Shown: piece by piece, positions 20,840 to 30,829 of the stretch
How positions within the stretch are numbered: the stretch's first letter is position 1
Layout of the letters: each line of letters opens with the position of its first letter
Source of the DNA: an uncultured Armatimonadetes bacterium
GTDB lineage: Bacteria > Armatimonadota > Hebobacteria > Hebobacterales > Hebobacteraceae
Direction: 5' to 3'
NCBI GenBank assembly: GCA_963716175.1
Contig: OY970296.1
Coordinates: 1,408,001 to 1,472,000 of the forward strand
DNA length: 64,000 nucleotides
The notes under the pieces: generated by a model
Databases searched by the model: none
What the model was told of the DNA's origin: nothing
What the model saw: the letters and a program-made list of their open reading frames with translations, nothing else
Translations under genes and position numbers: made by a program

Positions 20840-21847
20840 CTAATCAGCCAGGCCTTGGCAGATCCCCTCACGGGTGACTACTGACCGGCACAGCGATACC
20901 TCTGCGGGCAGGCGAGCCCCCGCCCATACCACTACCCGCCAAAGGCGGCTGCCCTCCGGCACTCGCACCTCCGGCCCCAGAGCGGTACCCCCACCCAGCG
21001 AGGCCTTGGCGCCCACCGCGCAGCGGTCGCCCAGGATCAGAGGTGGGGTCAGCTTCGCCTGCGGGTGAACCTGGCACTCCTCCCCCAGCCACAGGCCGGG
21101 CTCGATCTCGCGTCCCTCCACCCGGACCACCACGCGGCGCTCCAGGACGTCGGGCTGGGCGGCGAGATAGTCGCTGATGCTGCCGATATCCCGCCAGTAA
21201 CCGGGGAGGCGGAAGCCGTAGAAGGGCACCCCGGCGGCCACCATGGCGGGGAAGACTTGAAAGCCAAAGTCATAGACCTGGTCCGGAGGGATGAAGTCGA
21301 AGACCTCTGGCTCGAAGAGGTAGATCTGCGTGTTGGCGGTCTTGCTGGGCGCCGGGCCCTTGGGCTTCTCCACGAAGCGCTGCACCCGGCCCTCCTCATC
21401 GGTCACGACGATGCCGAACTGGGAAGTCTCCTCGACCTCAGCGAGGCCGATGCTGGCGATGGCACCCACGCGCCGATGGTGTGCGAGCAGAGCGGACAGA
21501 TCCATGTCGGTGAGATCGTCGGCCCCGATCACCAGGAAGGTATCGTCACCGAGGAAATCCCGGCAGCGCCTCACCCCGCCGGCGATCCCCCAGAGCTTCT
21601 CCTCGTGGGAATAAGTGAGATGGACGCCGCAGCGCGAGCCATCACCGAAGTAGTCCATCACTGGCTGGGGGCGGTAATGGAGGTTGGCGATGATCTCGGT
21701 GAAGCCGTGGCGGGCGAGGTGCTCCAGGATGTGGCACATCACGGGGCGGTTGGCGATGGGCAGGAGGGGCTTGGGCAGATAATCGGTGAGCGGCCGCATC
21801 CGGTCGCCGAGGCCGGCGGCCAGCACCATTGCCTTCATCCCGGCCAT
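20840..21847 (-). CDS. NDP-sugar synthase / mannose-1-phosphate guanylyltransferase family
   Basis: KAMVLAAGLGDRMRPLT..PKPLLP, FVEKP, YWRDIG, C-terminal hexapeptide-like repeats. Confidence 0.92.
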   Translation of the reverse strand: MAGMKAMVLAAGLGDRMRPLTDYLPKPLLPIANRPVMCHILEHLARHGFTEIIANLHYRPQPVMDYFGDGSRCGVHLTYSHEEKLWGIAGGVRRCRDFLGDDTFLVIGADDLTDMDLSALLAHHRRVGAIASIGLAEVEETSQFGIVVTDEEGRVQRFVEKPKGPAPSKTANTQIYLFEPEVFDFIPPDQVYDFGFQVFPAMVAAGVPFYGFRLPGYWRDIGSISDYLAAQPDVLERRVVVRVEGREIEPGLWLGEECQVHPQAKLTPPLILGDRCAVGAKASLGGGTALGPEVRVPEGSRLWRVVVWAGARLPAEVSLCRSVVTREGICQGLAD

Positions 21848-21848
21848 G

Positions 21849-22265
21849 CTATGCTCTTTCCGGCGGGCCCGGCCTCCCCCCGGTTACCTGGGCGATGGCG
21901 CGGGCCAGCTGCTCTTGGATGATGGGTTTGGTCAGCACCATGCAGGCGCCGGCCGCCAGGCCGCGATCAATGCGCTCGTCGCCGTAGGCGGTGACCAGGA
22001 TCACCCGGGTGGGGGCCTCTGACATGATCACCCGCGTGGCCTCAGTGCCATCCTTGCCGGGTAGGCCTATATCCATCAGCACTACGTCGGGGCGGAGCGC
22101 CCGCGCCTGCTCGACGGCATTGTCGGCGTCTCGCGCGGTGCCCACCACCTCGCAGCCGATGGCCTCGAGCTGTACTGTGAGGCTGAGGGAGATCACGAAC
22201 TCGTCTTCCACCACCAACACCCGAGGCCGTCCAGTCTGTGGTCCGGTCGCGCCGGTGTCGCTCAT
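21849..22265 (-). CDS. Single-domain response regulator (REC)
   Basis: VLVVEDE, PDVVLMDIGLPG, ILVTAY, LTKP. Confidence 0.9.
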   Translation of the reverse strand: MSDTGATGPQTGRPRVLVVEDEFVISLSLTVQLEAIGCEVVGTARDADNAVEQARALRPDVVLMDIGLPGKDGTEATRVIMSEAPTRVILVTAYGDERIDRGLAAGACMVLTKPIIQEQLARAIAQVTGGRPGPPERA

Positions 22266-22278
22266 GTCGCCTCCACAG

Positions 22279-23251
22279 TCATGCGGTCTCCTTCCCTTCG
22301 ACCGGCCCCAGCCGGGAGAGCAATCGCAGCAGCTGGCTGCCTACATCGGCCTGCTCGATCACCACCTGGGCGGAGGCCGGCAGTGGCACCGCGGTGAGGT
22401 TGAGCACGGCCTTAACGCCGGCCTGGGCCAGTTCCTGCACCATCTCGGGGCGCGCCGCCTCCTGGCAGGCCACCACCGCGATGGTGGTGCCAGTGGCTCG
22501 GGCCTCCTCGGGCGCCTGCTCCAGGGGAAGCACGAGGAGCCCGGCGACGCTGGTCCCGATGCGGGAGGGGTCGGGGTCGAAGACGGCCACGAGCCAGCAG
22601 TTCATCGTCGCCAGCGCCTCCCGCGCGGCGGTCCTCCTGGAGACGGCGCGTGCCCAGCCACATCGCTGGGCGCACATGCTCCAGCTTCAGGCCGCGCCGG
22701 ATGGCGCGCCGGAGACCCTCCACCTCGTAGCCGCGCCCGGGGGTGCCGAAGTGGCCCAGCGTGGCCAGGTCTCGTCTCACCAGACCCGACCTCACCCCGA
22801 CCGCGCGCGCCAGGTGGTGAGAGGAGACGGTGAGCAGACCTCGCTCGGCATACTCATCAATCACCTGAAGATAGATGCGGACTCGCTCCGTCGCCCCCCT
22901 GGCGAGGGCCGATCCCTGACGGCTGCGGATGGCCAGGCCCTTGGTTACCTCCAGGGCCTCGCGGAACTGCTCGTATCCGGCGCTCTCCCCGAAGCGGCCG
23001 CGCAGAGGGCAGTTGCCGGCAGGCCAGGGCTTCACCCGGCAGGGCGACTCGGTGCACTCGTAACAGCCGACGACGCCAAGCTTGCGCACGCACGCGTAGA
23101 TGGCGCAAGCGGATGCTCCATCATGCAGCAGCCGAACATTGCCGCGAGCACAGCCCAGGCAGTCCCCGCTCAGGTGCAGGCCGCAGGTGCTGCAATCGTA
23201 CACAGCACAGCGGGAACGGCTGGCGCGTTGTCTGGGGCTGCTCGTGGGCAC
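22279..23251 (-). CDS. rex: Rex-like redox-sensing repressor with Cys-rich N-terminal domain; apparent frameshift near 22635
   Basis: Rex wHTH ATERVRIY..VSSHHLA..VRRDLATLGHFGTPGRGYEV; C-half VAVFDPDP..AGVKAVLNL is in a second frame; N-terminus CxxxxCxxC..CxxC..CxxxxC..CxxC..C. Confidence 0.8.
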
Positions 23252-23436
23252 CGCCTCACCTCGCGCCTTTTTGATTCGACGTGGGGCGGAATACTCCTGG
23301 CTTTGCCGGTCGGCCCGACCCCGCAACCGGCAAGCGCATGGCGGGAAGAAGATGGAGCGATTGGGGAGCGGGATTGAAAGCCGAAGGCGCGGCCCAGGTG
23401 CACAAGGGGAGGTGACAAAGAATTTCGTGGACTGGC

Positions 23437-23465
23437 TTGACGCGGGGAGAAGAACCGCCTATACT
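23437..23465 (+). promoter_or_regulatory. sigma70-type promoter for the MerR-like/ROK genes
   Basis: TTGACG-N17-TATACT. Confidence 0.7.
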
Positions 23466-23499
23466 TCCGGTGTACACATAAGCTTAAGTGGGGGCCGCC

Positions 23500-23780
23500 T
23501 TGCGTCCAGATGTCCTGAGCGAGCTCCACCCGATGGCAGATCTGCTGGCGAACTGCCCCGGCATGACCAAGGAACATGTCTACTACCTTGAGCAGCGCGG
23601 CTACCTCAAGCCCATCAAGCAACGCCACGGCAAGATTGAGCGCAACCTCTACACCAGGGAGCAGTTCCAGCTTGTCCAAGCCATCTGGCGCCATCGCCAG
23701 GCCGGTGTCCCCCCACGGGAGGCCTACCAGCGGGCGCTCCGGGAGCGGTCCGGGGACAGCTCGCGATCTGGACCGAGTAA
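23500..23780 (+). CDS. Small MerR-like HTH protein; probable true end GQLAIWTE* after a missing G near 23752
   Basis: CPGMTKEHVYYLEQRGYLKP..RNLYTREQFQLVQAIW..GVPPREAY; restoring one G gives a stop at 23780, just before the next gene. Confidence 0.65.
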
Positions 23781-23797
23781 GCGGGGGGAAAGCGGTG

Positions 23798-25456
23798 ATG
23801 CGGACGGAGGCGCAGGAGGCCGGACCGGGGCGCGACCGGGACCACCCGGTCGAGGCGGAGGCGGCCGGTCCGGCCAGCCCCCAACCAGCCGCGGAAGGGG
23901 AGCACCAGCGGCGGATGGGATCGGAGCGAATGCGGTTTCCTGCGGCCCCCCGGTTGGCAATCGAGGAGGTGAGGTTCTGTCTCGGTTGTGACTCGGTGGA
24001 AGCGCGAGTGACGCTGGCGGCGGGTGGGCAGCGCTTCACCGGGGTGACGAACGGCGGGAGTAAGACGCAACCTATATGGCAACTTGCGGCGGCGACTGTG
24101 ACCGCGATCCAGCAGTACTTGCAGCACTGCGCGGTACCAGGACCTGCTTCCCACATCCAACTAGTAGACGCAGCAACGGCCACCACAGGAGTCGGACACG
24201 AGGTTATCCACGTAACAGTCAGACTCACGCGTGACAGCAACCAGACGCACCTGCTAGGGTCCGCACTGGTGCGAAACGATCGGTGCAGCACCGCAGTCGC
24301 CGCCGCTTTGGATGCCACCAGCAGGTGGCTGGGCAGCTTCCGTTCCCCCGCAGTTGTTCCCCTCGACGAAACCGAGCAAGCATCTCCCTCCCGCCAGGCG
24401 CCGGCCGGCGACCCCGAAGCAGAAGTCGAATCGCCGCAGGTGGTGGAGATCCCCGCACCGCGACTGGCGCCCGCCCGGACCCGGCCGTCGGCTTCCACTC
24501 TCACCCTGGGAGTAGAGATCGGCCCCGGCTCGGTGCGGGCAGCCGTGGTGGATGAGAGAGGCCGGATTCTGGCGGAGCAGCGCCGGCCCGCCGATGCTGC
24601 AGCCGGCCCGGAGGCAACTCTCCGCTTGGGGATGGAGGCAGCGCGCGCGGCCCGGGCGAGCCCGGACTGCGCGCCCGAGCGAGTGGCCGCGATGGGCCTG
24701 GCGGCCCCGGGTCGCCTGCGCGCCGGCGATGGGGTGTGCGTCTCCTGGGGCGAGCTTCCGACCTGGCGAGAGGTGCAGCTAGCCGCGCCCTGCTCCCAGG
24801 CGCTCGACCTGCCAGTTTCGCTGATCGGTGTCACCCAGGCCGCGGGCCTGGGCGAGGTCCGTTTCGGCGCAGCCCAGGACCTGGCCAGCGTGATCCTGGC
24901 GCGGGTGGGCCGGGAGATCGAAGTAGCGGTGATCTGCGACGGGCGGCCGCTGGCACTGGGCGAGGGCAACCCGGGGCAGGCCGGGCACATGGTGGTGGCG
25001 CCCGGAGGGCCGCGCTGCACCTGCGGCGAATCGGGCTGCTGGCAGGCGCTGGCAGGACACGAAGCTCTGGTGATGCGGGTCTTGAGGGACTTGAGCAGCG
25101 GCCTGCCCAGCGGCATCCCGGCGGCGGTTGACAATCACCTGGCCGCGATCACCCCCGCGGTGATCTGCCGGCTGGCGGCGGGCGGGGACGCGGTGGCGCG
25201 GGCGGCGGTGGAGGAGACGGGCCGGTTCCTGGCCTTGGGGCTGGCGAACCTGATCGCGCTCTTCGACCCGGAGGCGATTATCCTGGACGGGGCTCCGGGC
25301 CCCGTGGGCTCGGCTCTGCGCCATGCCGCCGAGACCGCGCTCAAGGCCAGCCCGCGGGCTCACATCCTCTCCCGCTGCGTGCTGCTCTCGCCCGGCCTGG
25401 GCGAAACCGCGCCGGTGGTCGGAGCCGCCGCCTGGGCGGCGCAGCAGGCGGGCTAG
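23798..25456 (+). CDS. ROK-family protein with an extra N-terminal (LeuA-regulatory-like) domain
   Basis: LGVEIG, GLAAPG, GHMVV..GPRCTCGESGCWQA, LFDPEAIILDG, VVGAAA; N-domain ends LLGSALV..AVAAALDATSR. Confidence 0.75.
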   Translation: MRTEAQEAGPGRDRDHPVEAEAAGPASPQPAAEGEHQRRMGSERMRFPAAPRLAIEEVRFCLGCDSVEARVTLAAGGQRFTGVTNGGSKTQPIWQLAAATVTAIQQYLQHCAVPGPASHIQLVDAATATTGVGHEVIHVTVRLTRDSNQTHLLGSALVRNDRCSTAVAAALDATSRWLGSFRSPAVVPLDETEQASPSRQAPAGDPEAEVESPQVVEIPAPRLAPARTRPSASTLTLGVEIGPGSVRAAVVDERGRILAEQRRPADAAAGPEATLRLGMEAARAARASPDCAPERVAAMGLAAPGRLRAGDGVCVSWGELPTWREVQLAAPCSQALDLPVSLIGVTQAAGLGEVRFGAAQDLASVILARVGREIEVAVICDGRPLALGEGNPGQAGHMVVAPGGPRCTCGESGCWQALAGHEALVMRVLRDLSSGLPSGIPAAVDNHLAAITPAVICRLAAGGDAVARAAVEETGRFLALGLANLIALFDPEAIILDGAPGPVGSALRHAAETALKASPRAHILSRCVLLSPGLGETAPVVGAAAWAAQQAG

Positions 25457-25469
25457 TTCGCCTGGAATA

Positions 25470-26727
25470 TCAGGGAGTGCGCCGGGGGGCCGCTCTCGAC
25501 CGCTTGACCTTCGGCTGTTCGGAAACCAGGATCCGCCCGTCCCCCGGGGGGATGGTGAAGCGGGTTCCCGTTTCGCCGGTGAAGGAGTCGCGGGCCGACG
25601 TGCTCAGCTTGACCTGATAAGGCTCGGTGGCATCCGGCAGGTTCATCACCACCAGCGCCTTCTCGTACTGCCGCTGCCAGACGTGAGCGTTGATGCGTTC
25701 CCCGGGCCCGGTGGGCAGGCCGATCTTGACATCGTACTCCGGATACCAGTCGTGCTGGTGGCTGGTGCTATCGCTGAACAGATAGTAGAAGTCGCCGACG
25801 ATCAGCGCGTAGCACATGGTCCAATGCCTGGCCGCCGGGTCCTTCTTGATCGGCTTTCCCTTGTCCGGGTCATTGGGCCATCCGGGCCTGATCGCGCACC
25901 TCCTCGAAGCGCTCGATGATGCTGATGCGGGGTGGCAGCAGCAGCTCCTCGCTGCGCTGCATCATGCGGATGCGGTCATCCCAGGTCTCGTTCGGCATCC
26001 ACTCGCTGCGCTCCGGATGGCTCCAGCCAGACTCGTACATGATCCCGTTGAGGTAGGGCGCCAGCCAGTCGAAGTTGCCGATGTCATAGCCGACGTTGAC
26101 CAGGATCAGGAACTTGCTCCCTACCGCCTCCCGCACGGCCCTGATGATCTTGAGCCAGGGCTCGGGCTCGTCCCGCCAGTTGTCGTAGAACACCCCGTCC
26201 ACGACGCCGGTCTCATAGAGCGCGATGGTCTGGCGGATGACCTTCTGCTGATACTCCGGGTTGTGCCAGTCCATGCGATAGGTGCCGGGCCAGAACTGCT
26301 CCCGCTGGCCATTGACGCGAAGCCACCAGGGGTGATCTTCTGGCAGGGCGCCCTCATCGTACTCGTAGAAGCTGAGGTCGCCGATCACCACTGCATTGGG
26401 GTTCAGCCGCCTGAGCTCGGCCACTCGCTCCCGCGCCACCGGGATGGATTCAAGGGCGAACCCGTCGGCCAGCACGGAGGGCTCGCGGTTGGGCGCCAGG
26501 CCCAACGCATCGGTGCTCGTCATAATCAGGCCGTGCCGCGCCAGGCCCCGGGGCGAGTCGTCGCCGCGCACCGGCGCCCACATCATGGCGATGCGAGGGA
26601 ACGGCGTGTTGGTGATCATGGTGAGCTTTCCTTTGTGGGCTGATGGTGATGCGGCCTTTGCCCGCCCGTCGCCGGGCAGGGCCAGCAGAAGAATCCCCAT
26701 TGCTGCCAGCAGCAGTTTCGCAGTCAT
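25470..26727 (-). CDS. Secreted putative glycoside-hydrolase-like protein; apparent frameshift near 25880
   Basis: Signal peptide; DGVFYDNW, NGIMYES; second ORF HDWYPEYD..IGLPTG..VWQRQY..VVMN. Confidence 0.6.
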
Positions 26728-26773
26728 ACCATCGTACTCCTGTCACTGTGGAGGAGCCAGAACAAGAATGGCC

Positions 26774-26859
26774 GGCGGGCATCCAGAGATGGCTAGGTCG
26801 CCTATGGCGACCGCCATGGCGGCCTGCATAGCAGGCCTAGCCACATGCCCGCCCTACAG
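26774..26859 (-). repeat. GTAG REP with inner hairpin cassette (same family as 49760-49833)
   Basis: Reverse complement CTGTAGGGCGGGCATGTGGCTAGGCCTGCTATGCAGGCCGCCATGGCGGTCG..CTAGCC..ATGCCCGCC. Confidence 0.75.
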
Positions 26860-26893
26860 CAGCTGTACGCGTTGGCGGCGGATCTACGTTACC

Positions 26894-27973
26894 TCAGTAT
26901 ACCCCGTGGTCGTCAATCGCATCCATAATCGCCCGCATCCCCTCCTTGAAGGCACGCTCGCTCTCGTCATCGGTGATGCCGTAGGAGCCCATCTCGGTCA
27001 TCCCGATCACCAGCCGGCCGCTGCCCTTGTCCTGCTTCAGCAGATCCACGGTGTAGTCATAGCTCTGCTGCCGTCCCAGCCAGAAGATGGTCTCGGGGAA
27101 GTTGACCCAGATCACAGTGTCCGGGCCCCAGGCAGCGCGGGCGTCGGCGAGGGAGAGATCGCCGACCGGCGGGGGAGTGAAGGCCTCCACCACCGGCACG
27201 CCGGTCTGCCCGACCAGATCCTTGAACGCGGATAGGTTTGAGTTGTGCGCATGCAGGGCGCAGAGCTTGCCGCCCGCCCGGAGCTGGGGCGCATATCGCC
27301 GGTAGAAGGGAAGCACATACTGCCGGTACTGCTTGGGGCCGTAGATTCCGCTCAGCGAACCCAGCGAAGTGAGCTCGCCCGGCGCCGCCAGCACCAGGGG
27401 AAGCAGTCTCTCGGCGCGCCGCTCCAGCGCCGCCAGCAGTTGCGCGAACTGCTCGGGGTGCTCCCGCTGGCCCACGGCCCAGCCCTCCAGAGAGAAGTAG
27501 CTGCTGGTTCCGTCATAGGGCGGCGAGAGTCCGTCCAGCCGCACGATGCCATCGCTGCCGATATCCCGCACATCCGCGAGGAATCCCTCGTAGTCGGCGT
27601 GAAAGATGGTGTGCTCGATCATAAAGATCGCCGGCTGGTAGTCGGCGACCTCCTTGATCAACCATTCCGTGGCGACGCTCTCGCCGTCCGAGATCCTCCC
27701 CACATGGGTGCGCGCGGCCTGTCCCACACTGCCCACCGGGGTGTGGTAGATCACGCGGCTGATATCCCCCTCCGTCTTGTGCTCGACCGCCACCTCCGTC
27801 GTCTCCGACCACACCGCGCGGCAGCGCAGGCAGAGCCCCATGCCCCGGTTGCGCAGCTCACGCTCGAAGTCGCCGCGGGGCACGAGGTTGTCATAGGGAG
27901 CATAGGGGACACGATCCGGCCGCTCGCCGTGCAACACCGCGTCCATGCGCTCGGCGAAGTTCATCGGCAGCAA
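26894..27973 (-). CDS. Uroporphyrinogen-decarboxylase-like (URO-D/MtaA-CmuA fold) protein
   Basis: ERMDAVLHGERPDRVP, TPVGS, YRQYVLPFY, HAHN, EAFTPPPVGDLSLADARAAW. Confidence 0.75.
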   Translation of the reverse strand: MLPMNFAERMDAVLHGERPDRVPYAPYDNLVPRGDFERELRNRGMGLCLRCRAVWSETTEVAVEHKTEGDISRVIYHTPVGSVGQAARTHVGRISDGESVATEWLIKEVADYQPAIFMIEHTIFHADYEGFLADVRDIGSDGIVRLDGLSPPYDGTSSYFSLEGWAVGQREHPEQFAQLLAALERRAERLLPLVLAAPGELTSLGSLSGIYGPKQYRQYVLPFYRRYAPQLRAGGKLCALHAHNSNLSAFKDLVGQTGVPVVEAFTPPPVGDLSLADARAAWGPDTVIWVNFPETIFWLGRQQSYDYTVDLLKQDKGSGRLVIGMTEMGSYGITDDESERAFKEGMRAIMDAIDDHGVY

Positions 27974-27983
27974 CCTCCCGGGC

Positions 27984-28905
27984 TCAGCCGATCACCTTGC
28001 TCATGTACCGGCGCGCCAGGCTGACTTGCCGCTTCACCTCCTCCAGGGCCCTCCAGCTCGTGGTTCGGGCCCAGGCAGGGGTGGCAGAACTCATAGGTGA
28101 GGTAGCCGGCGTAGCCAATGCCCTTCAGCGCCTTGATGAAATCGGGATAGTTGATCGGGCCCCGGCGAGAGAAGCGGATGGGCCGCTGCACGGCTTCGCC
28201 ATTCGCCTCCTCGAACTCGCCTCCGTAGTGGGAGTGCACCTGCAGCGCGCCGGTGGCGCGCACCGCCTCCGTGACATAGGCCTCATCCTGGCGCGCTAGC
28301 AGGGGGCAGTCCAGGCACGCCTTCAGGGCCGGAGAGTTGACCTCTCGCACCAGGTCCAGCACGTCAATGTAGTCTCGAATGAAGGGCTCGTGGTTCTGCA
28401 GCGCCAGGGTCACGCCCATGCTGCCGGCGAAGTCGGCCAGCTCTCGCAGGCACTCCTTCACCCAATGCCACTGGTCGAGGAAGGTGACGTCCGGACCCTG
28501 GTCCCAATGGCGCCGGGTGATGTCGTAGACGGCATGGCCCTCCTGCATTGTGACCCCCCGCCAGGCCGCGAACACGCGCAGCAGCGGCGCTCCCAGGTCC
28601 CGAGCCAGCTTGATCTGCTCCCTGGTCACCAGCAGCTCGTTCTCTCGCTGCTCGATGATGGGGCTGGCGAAGTTGCTGTACCCGGCCACCGCGGGGATCT
28701 CCAGGCTCAACTTGGCCGCTTGCTGCTTGATCTTTTCCCGCGCCTTAGCGTCCAGGTCCATGGGGTTGCCATGAGGCCGCTTGGCCCCGATCTCCACCCC
28801 CGCGTAGCCCATGTCCTTCGCCAGCTTCAGCACCTCGTCCAAGGGCAGCCCGGGGCCGTCGTACCAGGCGCCCGAGAAGCTCACCGTGTATAGGCCGACC
28901 TTCAT
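27984..28905 (-). CDS. Sugar-phosphate isomerase/epimerase (xylose-isomerase-like TIM barrel); apparent frameshift near 28045
   Basis: GYAGVEI, LRVFAAW, LALQNH, KACLD, IGYAGYLTYE; a natural helical end LEEVKRQVSLARRYMSKVIG* lies in another frame. Confidence 0.85.
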
Positions 28906-29059
28906 CGCTCTCGCCTCCCCTGAGTCAGTCTCGTGCTACCTGCTTCCCTTTCGCTGGGCCGCTTCCTGCCGGGCCGCGCCACCCATCTGCCAGAGGCAAG
29001 GAGAGGGCAGACCGGGTTGGAAGATGGGAGGCAGTGCAGGCCCCGCTGGCAAACCGACC

Positions 29060-29084
29060 GAACACTTCGGCCGCGTTATCCGTC
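29060..29084 (+). promoter_or_regulatory. Probable autoregulated ECF sigma promoter
   Basis: GAAC-N17-CGTC just upstream of the sigma start codon. Confidence 0.5.
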
Positions 29085-29102
29085 TCTTGCTATGAGGCCG
29101 CG

Positions 29103-29600
29103 ATGAGTGACTTCGAGGGGTTCTACCGGGATCACGTGCAACTGGTGCATGGTCTGGCTCTGGCGCGCACGGGAGCAATGGAGCAGGCTGAAGACCTGAC
29201 CCAGGACACTTTCCTGCGGGCCTGGCAGCACTTCGCGCTGCTCTCCGCGGCCGACCCCGTCACCCGCCGGGCCTGGCTGGTGCGCACTTTGCGCAATCTG
29301 ATGGTTGACGCCTGGCGGCGCCGGGGCAGAGAGACTGCGGAATCGCTGGAGAGGCCGGACCCCGGTCCGGAGGCCGCGAGGCGGGCGGAGTTGCGGGTGG
29401 ACTTGCAGAGGGCGCTGTCGGAGCTGGGCGAGAGGGACCAGGAGATGGTGGTGCTGCGCTATCTGGACGACAGGAACAGCCGGGAGATCGCCGCCATCGT
29501 GGGCGTGCCCGAGGGCACAGTGAGACGCCGGCTGGCGGACTGCCGCAAGCTGCTCGCCGAGCAGCTCTCCTCATGGGCGCCCAGGAGGACACAGGGATGA
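29103..29600 (+). CDS. ECF (group 4) sigma-70 factor
   Basis: AEDLTQDTFLRAW, WLVRTLRNL..D..RR, EIAAIVGVPEGTVRRRL. Confidence 0.92.
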   Translation: MSDFEGFYRDHVQLVHGLALARTGAMEQAEDLTQDTFLRAWQHFALLSAADPVTRRAWLVRTLRNLMVDAWRRRGRETAESLERPDPGPEAARRAELRVDLQRALSELGERDQEMVVLRYLDDRNSREIAAIVGVPEGTVRRRLADCRKLLAEQLSSWAPRRTQG

Positions 29601-29821
29601 CCGCAAGGGAGCTGGACCGCAAGCTGGGACAGGCCTTCGGAGAGGGCCTTGGGATGAACAAGTCGCAAGAAGAGGCGCTGTGGCAGGCCTTCCTGGCGCG
29701 GGCGCAGGCGGAGGCGCAGGCTTGGTCGGCCTTCGTGACCGTGATGGTGGTGATGAACCGCAGGCTGAGGCCGGCGCTGCGCGCCTCGGCCTGGCCTGGG
29801 TCGTTTCATCCCAGATGGTAA
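29597..29821 (+). CDS. Small protein coupled to the ECF sigma (anti-sigma candidate)
   Basis: ATGA overlap, RBS AGGAGG, 74 aa helical sequence. Confidence 0.55.
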   Translation: MTARELDRKLGQAFGEGLGMNKSQEEALWQAFLARAQAEAQAWSAFVTVMVVMNRRLRPALRASAWPGSFHPRW

Positions 29822-29851
29822 GAAGCGCAATCAAAGCAAGGAGCAAGAGCG

Positions 29852-30628
29852 ATGAGCGAGCAGGAAGAGAGAGAAGGGGAGCAGGCCTCGAGGACCGGGT
29901 TTGCCCAGAACGGGATGGTCCAGGGCGTCCCCGGGAAGAACATCGAGCTGAACGGCGTGCTGGACCTGCGCGGGGTGCCGGCGGAACAGGTCGCCGCCAT
30001 CGAATCCATCCGGATCAACGGCCTGGTGATGATGGACGAGGGCAACCGCAATGCCCTGGCGGGAGTGAAGTCGGAGATCAACGGCACGGTGGTGGTGGCA
30101 GATCCGGATCTTCGGGTGATGCTGGAGCCGGACTTCCAGTTGTCGCAGGCGACACTGGAAGGCATGCCGGCGGGACAGAAGCTGATGCTGGTGGGCATGG
30201 TGTTCTTCAAGCCGGACGTGTCCCCCGCGCTGGTGGCGGAGAAGTTCGATCAGCTCCGGATCGTGGGCATCTTGGTGGCCTGCGAAGGCGTCTACGGCGC
30301 GCTGCTGGGGAAGATGGAGATCACCGGCATCAGCATCACCCTCCCGCCCGACGCGGGCCCCGTGGTGCGTTCCATGGGCCAGAATACCTGGACGCTGGAC
30401 TATGTCTCCCGGATGCAGGATGACAGCACCTATGTCAATATCGGTGCCACCGCGATCCCTGATGGCATCTCTGAGGAGCTGCTCGCCCGGAAGGTTCGCG
30501 CCTACTACAACGTGGGAATGACCACGGCCCCGGCCCCTCTGCTGGCCCTGCTCAAGTCCCGCTGCCCCACCAATCTGGGCGAGTTCGCCGAGCCTGGCGG
30601 CGAGGAGCAGGAAGAGGGGGACGACTAG
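29852..30628 (+). CDS. Hypothetical protein in the ECF operon
   Basis: 258-aa ORF with coding-like codon use; RBS AAGGAG; recurring NG/VG beta-type motifs. Confidence 0.75.
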   Translation: MSEQEEREGEQASRTGFAQNGMVQGVPGKNIELNGVLDLRGVPAEQVAAIESIRINGLVMMDEGNRNALAGVKSEINGTVVVADPDLRVMLEPDFQLSQATLEGMPAGQKLMLVGMVFFKPDVSPALVAEKFDQLRIVGILVACEGVYGALLGKMEITGISITLPPDAGPVVRSMGQNTWTLDYVSRMQDDSTYVNIGATAIPDGISEELLARKVRAYYNVGMTTAPAPLLALLKSRCPTNLGEFAEPGGEEQEEGDD

Positions 30629-30633
30629 GCTCT

Positions 30634-30685
30634 TGTAGGGCGGCCATGCGCCCCGGAGCCATGGCGCAGGGGCGCATCGCCGCCC
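30634..30685 (+). repeat. GTAG REP with inner hairpin
   Basis: TGTAGGGCGGCCATGC[GCCCC..GGGGC]GCATCGCCGCCC. Confidence 0.6.
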
Positions 30686-30829
30686 AGAAGGCTCGAGCGC
30701 CACTTTGTCGGAGCCCCGTCCCCGGGGCGATTGGATGCCAGAAAAAAGCGGCCGGGCCTGAAACCCGGACCCGGCCGCTCCCGTAATCAGTAGTGATCCT
30801 ATGATTCTCACCCACAGGGGGGAACGCCG

